Assembly: GCA_964019335.1 (NCBI GenBank)
Contig: OZ025696.1
Location: 372,001-436,000 of the forward strand
Reading direction: 5' to 3'
From: Diplonema japonicum
Lineage: Eukaryota > Protista > Euglenozoa: Diplonemea
Length of the DNA stretch: 64,000 nt
The position numbers were made by a program, and so were the translations under genes. Position 1 is the first letter of the stretch. Every line of letters starts with the position of its first letter. This document shows, in pieces, positions 1 through 9,210 of the stretch. Below the pieces are notes generated by a model. The model ran no database searches and was not told the origin of the DNA. It worked only from the letters and a program-made list of their open reading frames with translations.

Positions 1-247
1 TCCTAAGAATGCCCCACAGGCCAAAGGGCAGTGCAGTGACAACAAGAATTACCCCTATAACAACAGAGCTTCGGTGGGCTATCGTAGTGTCCGACAGAGC
101 CAGAGGGATCAAGGTGGTTACAGTGTTCATGAATGTGAAGATTAGGAGTTGTTTTAAGACGTTATGGCGAAGGTCAGACACTGTAAGCATATCTGGAACG
201 CACCAAGACTTGCAGAGGTTCAGGGGCTGCGGTGGTGCTTCAGTCAT
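1..247 (-). CDS. Partial (5' part) tetraspanin-like 4-TM protein, paralog 1; runs off the window start
   Basis: Manual translation from ATG at 247: MTEAPPQPLNLCKSWCVPDMLTVSDLRHNVLKQLLIFTFMNTVTTLIPLALSDTTIAHRSSVVIGVILVVTALPFGLWGILR. It aligns with the three downstream paralogs (KSWxV, DLR, PFGxWGxL). Not in the ORF track because no stop lies inside the window. Confidence 0.85.
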   Translation of the reverse strand, partial: MTEAPPQPLNLCKSWCVPDMLTVSDLRHNVLKQLLIFTFMNTVTTLIPLALSDTTIAHRSSVVIGVILVVTALPFGLWGILR

Positions 248-392
248 TTTTATAACAATTCTTTTTTTTTAACCTGAGTGTACTTAGAAAAAGAAAGGGG
301 GGGGGAGAAAAAATGTTTAAAATAATAATATCTGAAGCTAGGGGGGGAAGAAGACTCGGTAGGAAGAGGTTTTGGGCGTTGAAAACAGATAT

Positions 393-436
<44 letters not shown>

Positions 437-1428
437 GGAAGTTAGGAAATCTCAGAAAATTGAAGTAAATTCGAAAAACCGCAGGGAGTGAAAGGAGCAT
501 TCCATGGTGTGCCATATAGTTAGCTTACCATCCATGTGGGGGAACAATCATGTTTTTTTTTTTTTTTTTCTCCTACGGTTTTCTTCAAGTTTGAAGAAGT
601 TCCATAATCTTCCAATTAAATCGATATCTATCCGGCAACACGGACCCCGAACCCAATTAATTGAATTGAAAATAATTTTTTAAAAAAGAATAACCCGCTA
701 GGATACAAAGGCTGGGGGGGCAAACAAAAGGCCCACTTAACAACAAGTGTCACCGTACTGGTTTGCGGGCCACTGTAGTAAGGGCATCTTTAAAACGAGG
801 TAGAAAAAAAAATACGAAGGAAAAAAAAAAAAAAAAAGAAAGAAAGAAATGGGGTTAGGGGGTCAATCAAAAAAAAACCTTTTTTTTTCTTTTTTTTTTT
901 ACTCGCCTTTCGTCATTTTCCTTATTAGCATTGTTGGGCTTATTATCCTTCTACAGGTTAATGCACAAACAACAAGTCGCAGGTGAAAAAGCAACTTAGC
1001 CTTGTACATAGTGTAAAGGACTTAACGAGAGGGGCGTAAAGAAAAAAAAAGAGCGTATTTACCGCCAAGATGACGAGCCATAATTCCACTCGTTTTGCCG
1101 TTTTCCTTTTTTTTTTTTTTTTTTTTTTTTTGGAAAACTCGAGTTGATAATTATGACCCATTATTTGTATTTTTTTTTTTTTTTTTTTCATCCTCTCTTT
1201 TTTTCTCATGTGATGAAGGTCGACAGTGGGAAAAAAAAAAAAAGAAAATTCGATAAAGCTCGTTCAATGTGCATGCGGGGTGCTTACTGTTCGGAGGAAA
1301 AAAAAAAAAAAGAAGTTGTAAGAAAAAGTCAGCAACCCCTGTGATGACAACTACAGCAGTGTCTCGGAAAAAAACCTGGGGGGGGGGGGGGGGGGCCAGC
1401 TTCGAAAAGCGAATTCAGATAGTTGCTA

Positions 1429-2127
1429 TTATTCTTTTTCTTCTAAACTTTGAACAGAAACAAAAGGGGTTAAGGCGGTCCCAACTTTAGTCCACTGTTC
1501 CAGCTCACCGGCTTCCAGCCTGATGTAGTACACAAAAGCGAAAGCAACCGGGATCAGAAAAGAAAATATATTTGAAGTAAACACCACACATTGCATCGGG
1601 GTGAAGCCCATAGAGGTGCGGGAGGAGGGGGCACTGTTGCAATCGTCTGTGGACCACGCCTCGCACGTCACATTGGCAACATCATTGTACGCATTGATCA
1701 TGTCCCTGCTACACGTGCTGTTCGCAAGGCAGGGAAGCTCATCCACAACAGCAACCCCACATCCTTGAAACGAGCTCTGCTCCATCTGACAGGACGCAGC
1801 CATCATGACGGCCGCACCTGTTATTACTGCAATCTTCATCATGATCACAACCAACCCATACAGAACGTATATAGCAGTAACGCCACGATTGCCTTTGAGC
1901 ACACCCCACATCCCAAGGGGGAAGGCTGACCACAGAAGGATGAGCCCTGCTATGGTTGCATTCCGCAGTGCAGTCGGTTGCGTAGACAGGGCAAGGGTGA
2001 TGACAGCAACGACTGTGGAGAACAGATTTGTGAGTATCAAGTTCTCAATGCTGAAGTAGCGCAGGTGCCTCGTGTCCAGCAAAGCATGCCTCACACAACA
2101 GGTTGTAAACAGGTAGCGGTAGTACAT
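1429..2127 (-). CDS. Tetraspanin-like 4-TM protein, paralog 2 (232 aa)
   Basis: Four hydrophobic segments, a GxWGxLKxNRG short inner loop after TM2, a six-Cys large loop between TM3 and TM4, and YYIRLE after TM4. Confidence 0.85.
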   Translation of the reverse strand: MYYRYLFTTCCVRHALLDTRHLRYFSIENLILTNLFSTVVAVITLALSTQPTALRNATIAGLILLWSAFPLGMWGVLKGNRGVTAIYVLYGLVVIMMKIAVITGAAVMMAASCQMEQSSFQGCGVAVVDELPCLANSTCSRDMINAYNDVANVTCEAWSTDDCNSAPSSRTSMGFTPMQCVVFTSNIFSFLIPVAFAFVYYIRLEAGELEQWTKVGTALTPFVSVQSLEEKE

Positions 2128-2561
2128 ATAGTTTTCCTCTTTTTTTTTTTTAAAAAAAAGTTTTTTGTGTTCCCAACCTTTTTTTTATATGGGGTAAGTT
2201 ATGAGTGCTCCTTAAAAAGGAAATAATTAATAAGAGCAGAAGAAAGCCAGTTCTTTGAATTCTGAGTTAAGAAAGGAGAGGGAGAGGGAGAGAATAGAGC
2301 AAAGGGGCAGAAAAGAGTGAGACAACAAAAGCCCAACGTTGTTTTTTTTTTTTTTTTTTTTTTTTTTCCGTTGCGGTTCATTAGAGTTGTCGCGCTTCTT
2401 AAAGAAAGAGTTTACAGCAAAGTTATCAGATCACGGCCCATCAACAGTGGGGTGGCCCGCAGACGAAAAGACATACACTTTCGTATACGCGTAGTCTGCA
2501 GGAAAAAGCCCAACAGTCAGGAAAACCAGAAAAAAGAAGAAAAAAAAAAGGGAGCAAAAAG

Positions 2562-2596
<35 letters not shown>

Positions 2597-2636
2597 GCTT
2601 TCTTTTCAATACTTCCCGCTTTGTAAGCATTTCCTT

Positions 2637-3317
2637 TTACTCACGGCTTTCATCATTCATCGACCTTTCGTAAACAGCGACCGGCAGCACAGGGTTAGCT
2701 GCCTCCAGACGGGTGTAGTACATGAGCCCAAAGAAAACAGGGAGGACCGAGGTGAATAGCTGAACAGCAAGAATTCCTACCGCAAACCCTGTGAAGCCCA
2801 TAGAGGTGCGGACGGAGGGGGCATCGCTGCAATCGTCTGTGGACCACGCCTCGCACGTCACATTGGCAACATCATTGTACGCATTGATCATGTCCCTGCT
2901 ACACGTGCTGTTCGCAAGGCAGGGAAGCTCATCCACAACAGCAAAACCACATCCTTGAAAAAAACTCTGTCCGATCTGGCAGGAAGCGGCCACCATGACA
3001 GTTGCAACAACTGTTAACAGGACCTTCCCAACACCTGCTAGCAAGCCGTACAGAACGTACACTGCCAGCATACCACGGTTCTCTCGAAGAATGCCCCACA
3101 AAGCGAAAGGAATTGTGGTCCATAGGAGGATTACCCCTGCGATGGCAGCGTTGCGCTCAGCATCAGACTTCTCTGCGGTGGCGAGGGGGACTGTTTCTAT
3201 CATTGTGTTAATCAGGGTGGAAATGGCGAGATTCTCTAGTAAAAAGCGGCGGAGATCTGCAGTGTTCAGCCTGGTGCTCACATACCATGACTTGAAGCAG
3301 TGGGTAGTGTAATTCAT
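2637..3317 (-). CDS. Tetraspanin-like 4-TM protein, paralog 3 (226 aa; start reassigned to MNYTTH)
   Basis: Paralogous to 1429-2127. The ORF-track extension to 3551 is poly-F/poly-K from homopolymers. Confidence 0.85.
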   Translation of the reverse strand: MNYTTHCFKSWYVSTRLNTADLRRFLLENLAISTLINTMIETVPLATAEKSDAERNAAIAGVILLWTTIPFALWGILRENRGMLAVYVLYGLLAGVGKVLLTVVATVMVAASCQIGQSFFQGCGFAVVDELPCLANSTCSRDMINAYNDVANVTCEAWSTDDCSDAPSVRTSMGFTGFAVGILAVQLFTSVLPVFFGLMYYTRLEAANPVLPVAVYERSMNDESRE

Positions 3318-3325
3318 TTTTGAAA

Positions 3326-3363
<38 letters not shown>

Positions 3364-3580
3364 AAGAATATTACAACAACAACAACAAAAAAAAAAAAAG
3401 AAGGAGAAAAAAAAATAAGATAGAATTCGGGGGGTAAAAATAGGGAAAAAAGAAGAAGAAAAAGCAAATATTGGGAATGGGGGAAATAAAGAACAGAAAA
3501 AAAAAAGGCCGCCGTCGTCCTCCCCCTCTTTTTTTTTTTTTTTGTTGCCATAAGCTAACTATGAGAAATAATAAACACAA

Positions 3581-3621
3581 ATATATGAGTTAAAGGATGT
3601 CGTTGCGAGACGCCCCTTTGT
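3581..3621 (-). mobile_element. ~40-bp 3'-terminal remnant of a LINE-A-related element
   Basis: atatatgagttaaaggatgtcgttgcgagacgcccctttg matches the LINE-A 3' end at 26607 with 4 substitutions. Confidence 0.7.
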
Positions 3622-3671
3622 AAACAAAAAAAAAAAAGAAAAGGGGGAGTATGACGGCAAATGAAACATTG

Positions 3672-3707
<36 letters not shown>

Positions 3708-3939
3708 CCATTCCTTTTTTTTTTTTTTTTTTTCGTTCGTTTGTTTGGGGTCAGAGCACTGAATTAAGTTAACCTATTAACAGACCAGGAGTTGTTGTTA
3801 ATGGCTAGAATTAAAATTAAAAATTGGTTTTTTTTTTTTTTTTCGTTTTTCTTTTTTTTTTTTTTTTTTTTTCCATCTTTCTTTTTGCTTTTCGTTCGTT
3901 GCTAGGGGAGAGATGTTGCAAAAGAAAGAAGGAAAAGAA

Positions 3940-4056
3940 AAGAGGAATTGGCCGTTGTTTGTACATGCCGGCGGGTAGAAACCTTGAGAAGTTTGTCAAC
4001 CCGAAACACGTTGCCAACGTTCCCCTTTTGTTTAGACAAGTCAAAGACTCGTTCTT
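3940..4056. repeat. ~115-bp interspersed repeat (solo form), copy 1
   Basis: Near-identical to 5269-5390 and to the two halves at 47241-47273 and 48277-48380. Confidence 0.9.
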
Positions 4057-4241
4057 AAAAAAAAAAACCAGGGAGGGAAAAAAAAACGCCAAACAATATT
4101 TTTTTTTGTTACAAAAAAAAAAAAAAAAAAAAACCAGGGAGGGAAAAAAAAGGGGGGGGGGAAATTCAGGAGTGTACTTCAGTTATGGATTCCCCAACAC
4201 AGAGAATCTAAGAATCTTTTTTTTTTTTTTTCTATCTATTC

Positions 4242-4940
4242 CTATTCTTCCTCATCCAGCAAGTCCCCATTCAGTGCAACATGCGGGTGGATGTATCCAG
4301 CCAAAGACACAACTGGTTCAACAATCTCCAAACGGGTGTAGTACATAAACCCGAAGTAAACAGGAATAATCGTCCCAAAGATCTGAAGGATAACCATAAT
4401 CACATAAAACATGGTGAAGCCCATCGAGGTGCGGGCGGTGTGGGCATCGCTGCAATCGTCTGTGGACCACGCCTCGCACATCACATTGGCAACATCATTG
4501 TACGCATTGATCATGTCCCTGCTGCACGTGCTGTTCGCAAGGCAAGGAAGCTCATTCGCAGCCAAACCGCATCCTTGAAACGAGCTCTGCTCAATCTGAC
4601 AGGACGTCGCCACCATGACAGTCGCAACAACCGACAACAGGACCTTCCCAACACCTGCTAGCAAGCCGTACAGCACGTACACTGCCAGTATACCACGGTT
4701 TTGTTTCACCACACCCCACACCCCGAAGGGGACGGTGGTCCACAGTAGAGCAAGACCCATCACATCTGCGAACACCTCGGCGTCAGCTCTGTCTGCAGTG
4801 AGATATAGGAAGCCAGAGTAGGCAGTGCCCATAAAGGTGGCGATCATGAGATTTTCGAGGAAGAAGCGGCGCAGGTCCGCAGCATCCAGCCTGGTGTTGA
4901 CACACCATGACTTGAGGAAGTGGGTTGTGTACTTGTACAT
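4242..4940 (-). CDS. Tetraspanin-like 4-TM protein, paralog 4 (232 aa; start MYKYTTH)
   Basis: Paralogous to the genes above, with the same six-Cys loop and YYTRLE. Confidence 0.85.
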   Translation of the reverse strand: MYKYTTHFLKSWCVNTRLDAADLRRFFLENLMIATFMGTAYSGFLYLTADRADAEVFADVMGLALLWTTVPFGVWGVVKQNRGILAVYVLYGLLAGVGKVLLSVVATVMVATSCQIEQSSFQGCGLAANELPCLANSTCSRDMINAYNDVANVMCEAWSTDDCSDAHTARTSMGFTMFYVIMVILQIFGTIIPVYFGFMYYTRLEIVEPVVSLAGYIHPHVALNGDLLDEEE

Positions 4941-5085
4941 TTTTTTTTTTTTTTTTGTGTTTTTGGAAACAAGCTTTTTTTTTTTTTTTTTTTGAGATTC
5001 GCCTGACCACATTAAAAAAAAAAAAAAAATGGGGCTTTGATTGCAACACCAGGTGGCGTTAAGCGTGCAATGAAGCACGAACTAC

Positions 5086-6056
5086 CTACTTGATTACAGG
5101 GGGCGCTCCTCGGCCGAGCAGTAGCTTCTTCTGCGTTCCGCGTCGTGTCCTTAATGCGTGCGGTGTGCTCAACCCTAGCCGGGGCGTCCCGGGTAACCAA
5201 GATTCTGCGCTCGTGCAGTTTGCTGCAAAAAAACAAAAACAAAAACAAAAACAAAAACAAAAAACATAAAGAGGAACTGGCCGTTGTTTGTACGTGCCGG
5301 GTAAAACCTGGAGAAGTTTGTCAACCCGAAACACGTTGCCAACGTTCCTCTTTTGTTTAGACAAGTCAAAGACTCGTTCTCGCAGAAAAAAGAGAGAGTT
5401 CTCATGCTGCTCCTGGTCCTCCCGCAAGGCTAGACTGCAAGGTGAACGCACAGACACAGACACACAAGGTGAGAAAACCCTTCCTTTCACCAACCAAAGC
5501 TAATCCAAGTTTCCATCTCACCAGGCTCTTCAACTCTGAAGCCCTGCGACATCAAGAACTCAACCATCTCAAGGTTCCCCACCTGCGAGGCAAGGTGCAA
5601 CGCTGTGTTCCCCTTCGCACTCCGACAGTTCATATCCGGGCGATATGCTAAAATAGCTTCCACAGTAGGGATGGAAGAACTGATGGCAGCCTGGTGGAGG
5701 GGGGTAAGTCCTTTAGGCTTACTCGTAGTCACATCGCCCGTTATGGGCAGACCGTAATCCAAAAGGAGACACACAACATCAGCTCTCCCTAGCCTTGCGT
5801 AGCGGTCAAGGCTGGCATTGTTCGGGGATATTTCCATGTCAAGCAATTTTTGTCGGGCAACAGCTTTTTTCGAAGCCCTTACCTGTATAACATCACCCGC
5901 CACCAGTGGTGGCAGGTCCCCGTCTATCTCTATTTCAGAAGCTTTCATGCTAAATACCAAAGCGATCCTTTCCAGTACCTTGCTGCACGTATCGTGTTCA
6001 TAGACTAGGAGGTCTCTCTCTTCGCCGCTGGATGAGAGGCGGGCGAACACTTCCAT
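5086..6056 (-). CDS. Ankyrin-repeat protein; predicted exons 6056-5522 and 5222-5086 (~223 aa)
   Basis: Ankyrin motifs GLTPLHQAA and GNTALHLAS..GNLEMVEFLM. Removing a GT..AG intron joins VEEP in frame to ANCTS...KKLLLGRGAPPVIK*. The unspliced alternative ends at 5487. Confidence 0.75.
5223..5521 (-). other. Predicted 299-nt canonical cis-spliced intron
   Basis: 5' site G|GTGAGA at 5521; 3' end is a (TTTTTG)n pyrimidine tract then TTGCAG| at 5223; the join preserves frame. Confidence 0.6.
5269..5390. repeat. ~115-bp interspersed repeat (solo form), copy 2, inside the predicted intron
   Basis: aagaggaactggccg-ttgtttgtacgtgccggg-taaaacctggagaag...gactcgttct; adjacent to a (CAAAAA)n microsatellite. 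Confidence 0.9.
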
Positions 6057-9000
6057 TTTTTTTCCCCCCCTTCCTTTTTTTTTTTTGATTGTTCAAATGT
6101 AAACAAAACAAAAAATAATAATAGTGCGGGGGGGGGATGCGACTCGATATTTCAAGTTTCTTTTTTTTTTTTCCAAACAAATAAAAAAAAAAAAAGAGGG
6201 GAGGGAAAAAAAAAAGAAAAGAAATGAAGGGAATCGTGCCAGAAACCATGGGGGGGGGGGGGGGGGGGACAGGAGAAATACGTGGAAACGAAAAAGAAAA
6301 AAAAAGAAATGAAGAGGGATGGACCAAAGCCCTTTAGAAAGGGCAGGCTAATACTGCAAAATGCGGGGGAGGGAGGGAGGCTATGGGCCAAGATTTTCAA
6401 ACAATGGCTCACAAGAGAAGTGGATGGCATACGGAACTGCACGAAGCTAGGGGGAAGGGGGAGTATCGTCCACAAGATTTTTTGTTTTTTTTTTTTTTTT
6501 TTTTTTTCTTCTTTTTAAATTTTTATAATAAAATCTATAACTATGTTTGTTTTTTAAAAAAAAAAAAAAAAGTGGATTTCTTAGGTACTGAAACAAAAAA
6601 AAATGCGAATAAAATTCGCTGTGATGGGCGGGGGGGGGGGGGGGGGAGGGAGGGTGAACAACAACACAACAATAACTACCAAAAGGCACAATAAAGAGGA
6701 AGACCAACCTCCCTCAAAATGTATTCATAAAAGGGATCAGGGAGGAGAGGGGGGAAAAAAAAATGAAAATAGGGAGGAGGAAGGTCCGCTTCCCTCCCCC
6801 GTCCTCGGCCCTTTTATCTGATAATTGTTTAGCCTGCCATTCAGCTACCCAAAGCGTATCAGGCAGCATAACATCAGAGAGCTATAGTCCAGATGGAGAT
6901 TGGAAAAAAGGAGGGGGGGGGGAATGCTTGAGATAGGAATGAAGCATTACTTTATTAATATTTTTACAATAGGGGGGGGGGGGGGTAAAAACCATTTTTT
7001 GACTCCAAAATAACAATATCATTGGTGCGTCTCATCTCACGGGTCTGTTTGAACGGGCGGGGAAGAAAAAAAAAAAAGAAGAAAAAAAAAAAGAAAATTT
7101 TGTTTTCCGGATGATCAGGGACAGGGCGTGGTTTTACCCATTTTGCTAGTAGTAATGGCATCAGATGAGGGAGGTGCGCACAGATATTTTTGTTTGGACA
7201 AGCAGCCCAAAGAATTATAAATACCATTAAGAGGTAACGGAGGGGGGAGGGGATATTTTTTTTTATCACACATTTTCTTTTTTAGGGGGGATTTGCTTTT
7301 TCAAAAAAAAAAAAAAAAAAAAAACCATGCCAATTGGCCTACGCACTTTTAGTTTCAAAAGAGATCTTTGTGCTTTTTTTTTTTTTTTTTTTTTTTTTTC
7401 TTTTTTTTTTCCTTCTTTTATTTTCTGATGCAAATATGGTTTCGAGAGGAAAAAAAAAAAAAAAAAAAAAACAAAAGTTGGTTTAGGAATATGATTGGGG
7501 TAGATTTCCGGAAAGGAAAACCGGTACCCCCAAAAAACAATATGAAGACCCTTGTCCAGAGGAAGGAAAGGTGTATTTTTTTTCTCCCGGTATAAGACTT
7601 AATATGACAAGGAAATTCCGTTCTTGGGTCCCGTAGCCAAGATACAATAAAAACAAGATACGGGTGTTCAAACCTTTTCCTCCATGTTAAGTCCAAAGCG
7701 GTATTACTCAAAAAATAGATCAGTATAATAAAAGGCAAGAATATAGATTCCCCCCCCCCCCCCCTTCTTTTTTTTTAGTACCGCCTGTTTCATTTTTCTT
7801 TATCTGGTGCAGCAACAAAATGGCCCCGTATAAAAAAAGAAGTTTAACTTTAGAAATTTTTAAAAAAAAAAAAAAATGGGATTTGAACTATTTAAGGTGA
7901 GGAAAAGGATGATCCTCGCCCCCTACCTTTCCATTGCTTTGCTGGGGCAAAAAAAAAAAAACTTCAGAAAAAAAAAAAAAAGAAAAAAAGACTTCAGATG
8001 AAAGACATAGCCTTCCTCTGATACCCCGCTAAATAATGGTTTCGTGAGAGGGCAAAAAAAAGTAGTGCTTTACACAGTTGCACCCTATCTGAACCTCATG
8101 CTTTTTGCGGTGGTATACTTAATATAGCAGTCGTTTTTACCTTGAACACCAATGACAAAAACCTGCTCTAGCTAGAGGTCAGATCTGGGCTGCAAAACCC
8201 ACCACACGCATTTGAAGACGCCATTTGACTCGTGAAGTATAAAAAAAAAGAAAAAAGAAAAAAAAAGCGGGGAATAAAAAAAAAAAAAAAAAAAAAAAAA
8301 ACGACTTGTGGTTGAGTTCATACCGCGTCACCCTATGAGAGGAGGGGGCATTTAATTATACGAAAAAAAAAAAAAAAAAAAAAAAAAAAACGAGGACCCG
8401 ACCTACCAAAGAAAGAAAAAAAGAGTATTAAAAAAAATAAAGGGGGGAGGGGAAAACTGGAAAGTGAACACTTTTTTCTACTAACTGAGCCGACTGGTTT
8501 TGTCACCACAGGAAAGCCCAGGAACCAATATGAAAACTCTATAACAGCCCTGGTGTCGGGTGAAGTACATGTCTTCCGACGTATATCTGCTAAGATACTC
8601 ACCCGGAGGTTTTTCACTTTACAGATTTAAAAGAAGAGCTGGCGATTGTTATTCAGATTGCCACTACTCTTACAAAAAAAAAAAAAAAAAAAAAAAAAAA
8701 AACGAGCATGAAAGAGAGAGCGAGCTCGGACGATTACCGTCCTTTACCTCCCCTATTATAATTCTTCTTTCATCTTTTTTTATTTTGTTATATATAAACT
8801 AAACTACCCCCTTGCTTTTCTTCTAAACTTTAATAGGTGCAGGTCCACTATAAAAAAAAAAAGGTTTTTTATTGATTGTTGTTATGTTGGATGTTGCAAG
8901 TCGCAGTTTTTTTTTTTTTCTCACTTTTTTTTTTTTCTTTTTCTTTTTTTTTTTCCCGCCCCCTCCTTGAAACCAAAAAAGGGGATTGTTCAAAAAAAGA

Positions 9001-9210
9001 AATTTTTTTTTTAAAAAAAAAAGGGAAGTAAATGAAAAAAGTAAAAAAAAAAAAAAAAAAAAATATAAAAAAAAAAGAGAGGGAGAGAAGGTAACAGAAA
9101 TTTCATGCACAAAAAAAGCCCAGCAACAGGATGTGACACTGGTTCACTCCCACTACTTTATAAGGCCGAATTTGTTGCAGTTTTCTTATGTGGAATAAAA
9201 GGTTCCTCAC

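Noticed and set aside
5298-5312. U5-like loop (CCAGG-TTTTAC-CCGG) in the interspersed repeat
   Set aside because: Lacks the full GCCUUUUAC loop and an evident Sm site; the dispersed and split copies fit a mobile repeat better.
240-9200. Many short poly-K/poly-F ORFs in spacers, and N-terminal extensions of real genes
   Set aside because: Products of A/T homopolymers; starts reassigned by paralog alignment.
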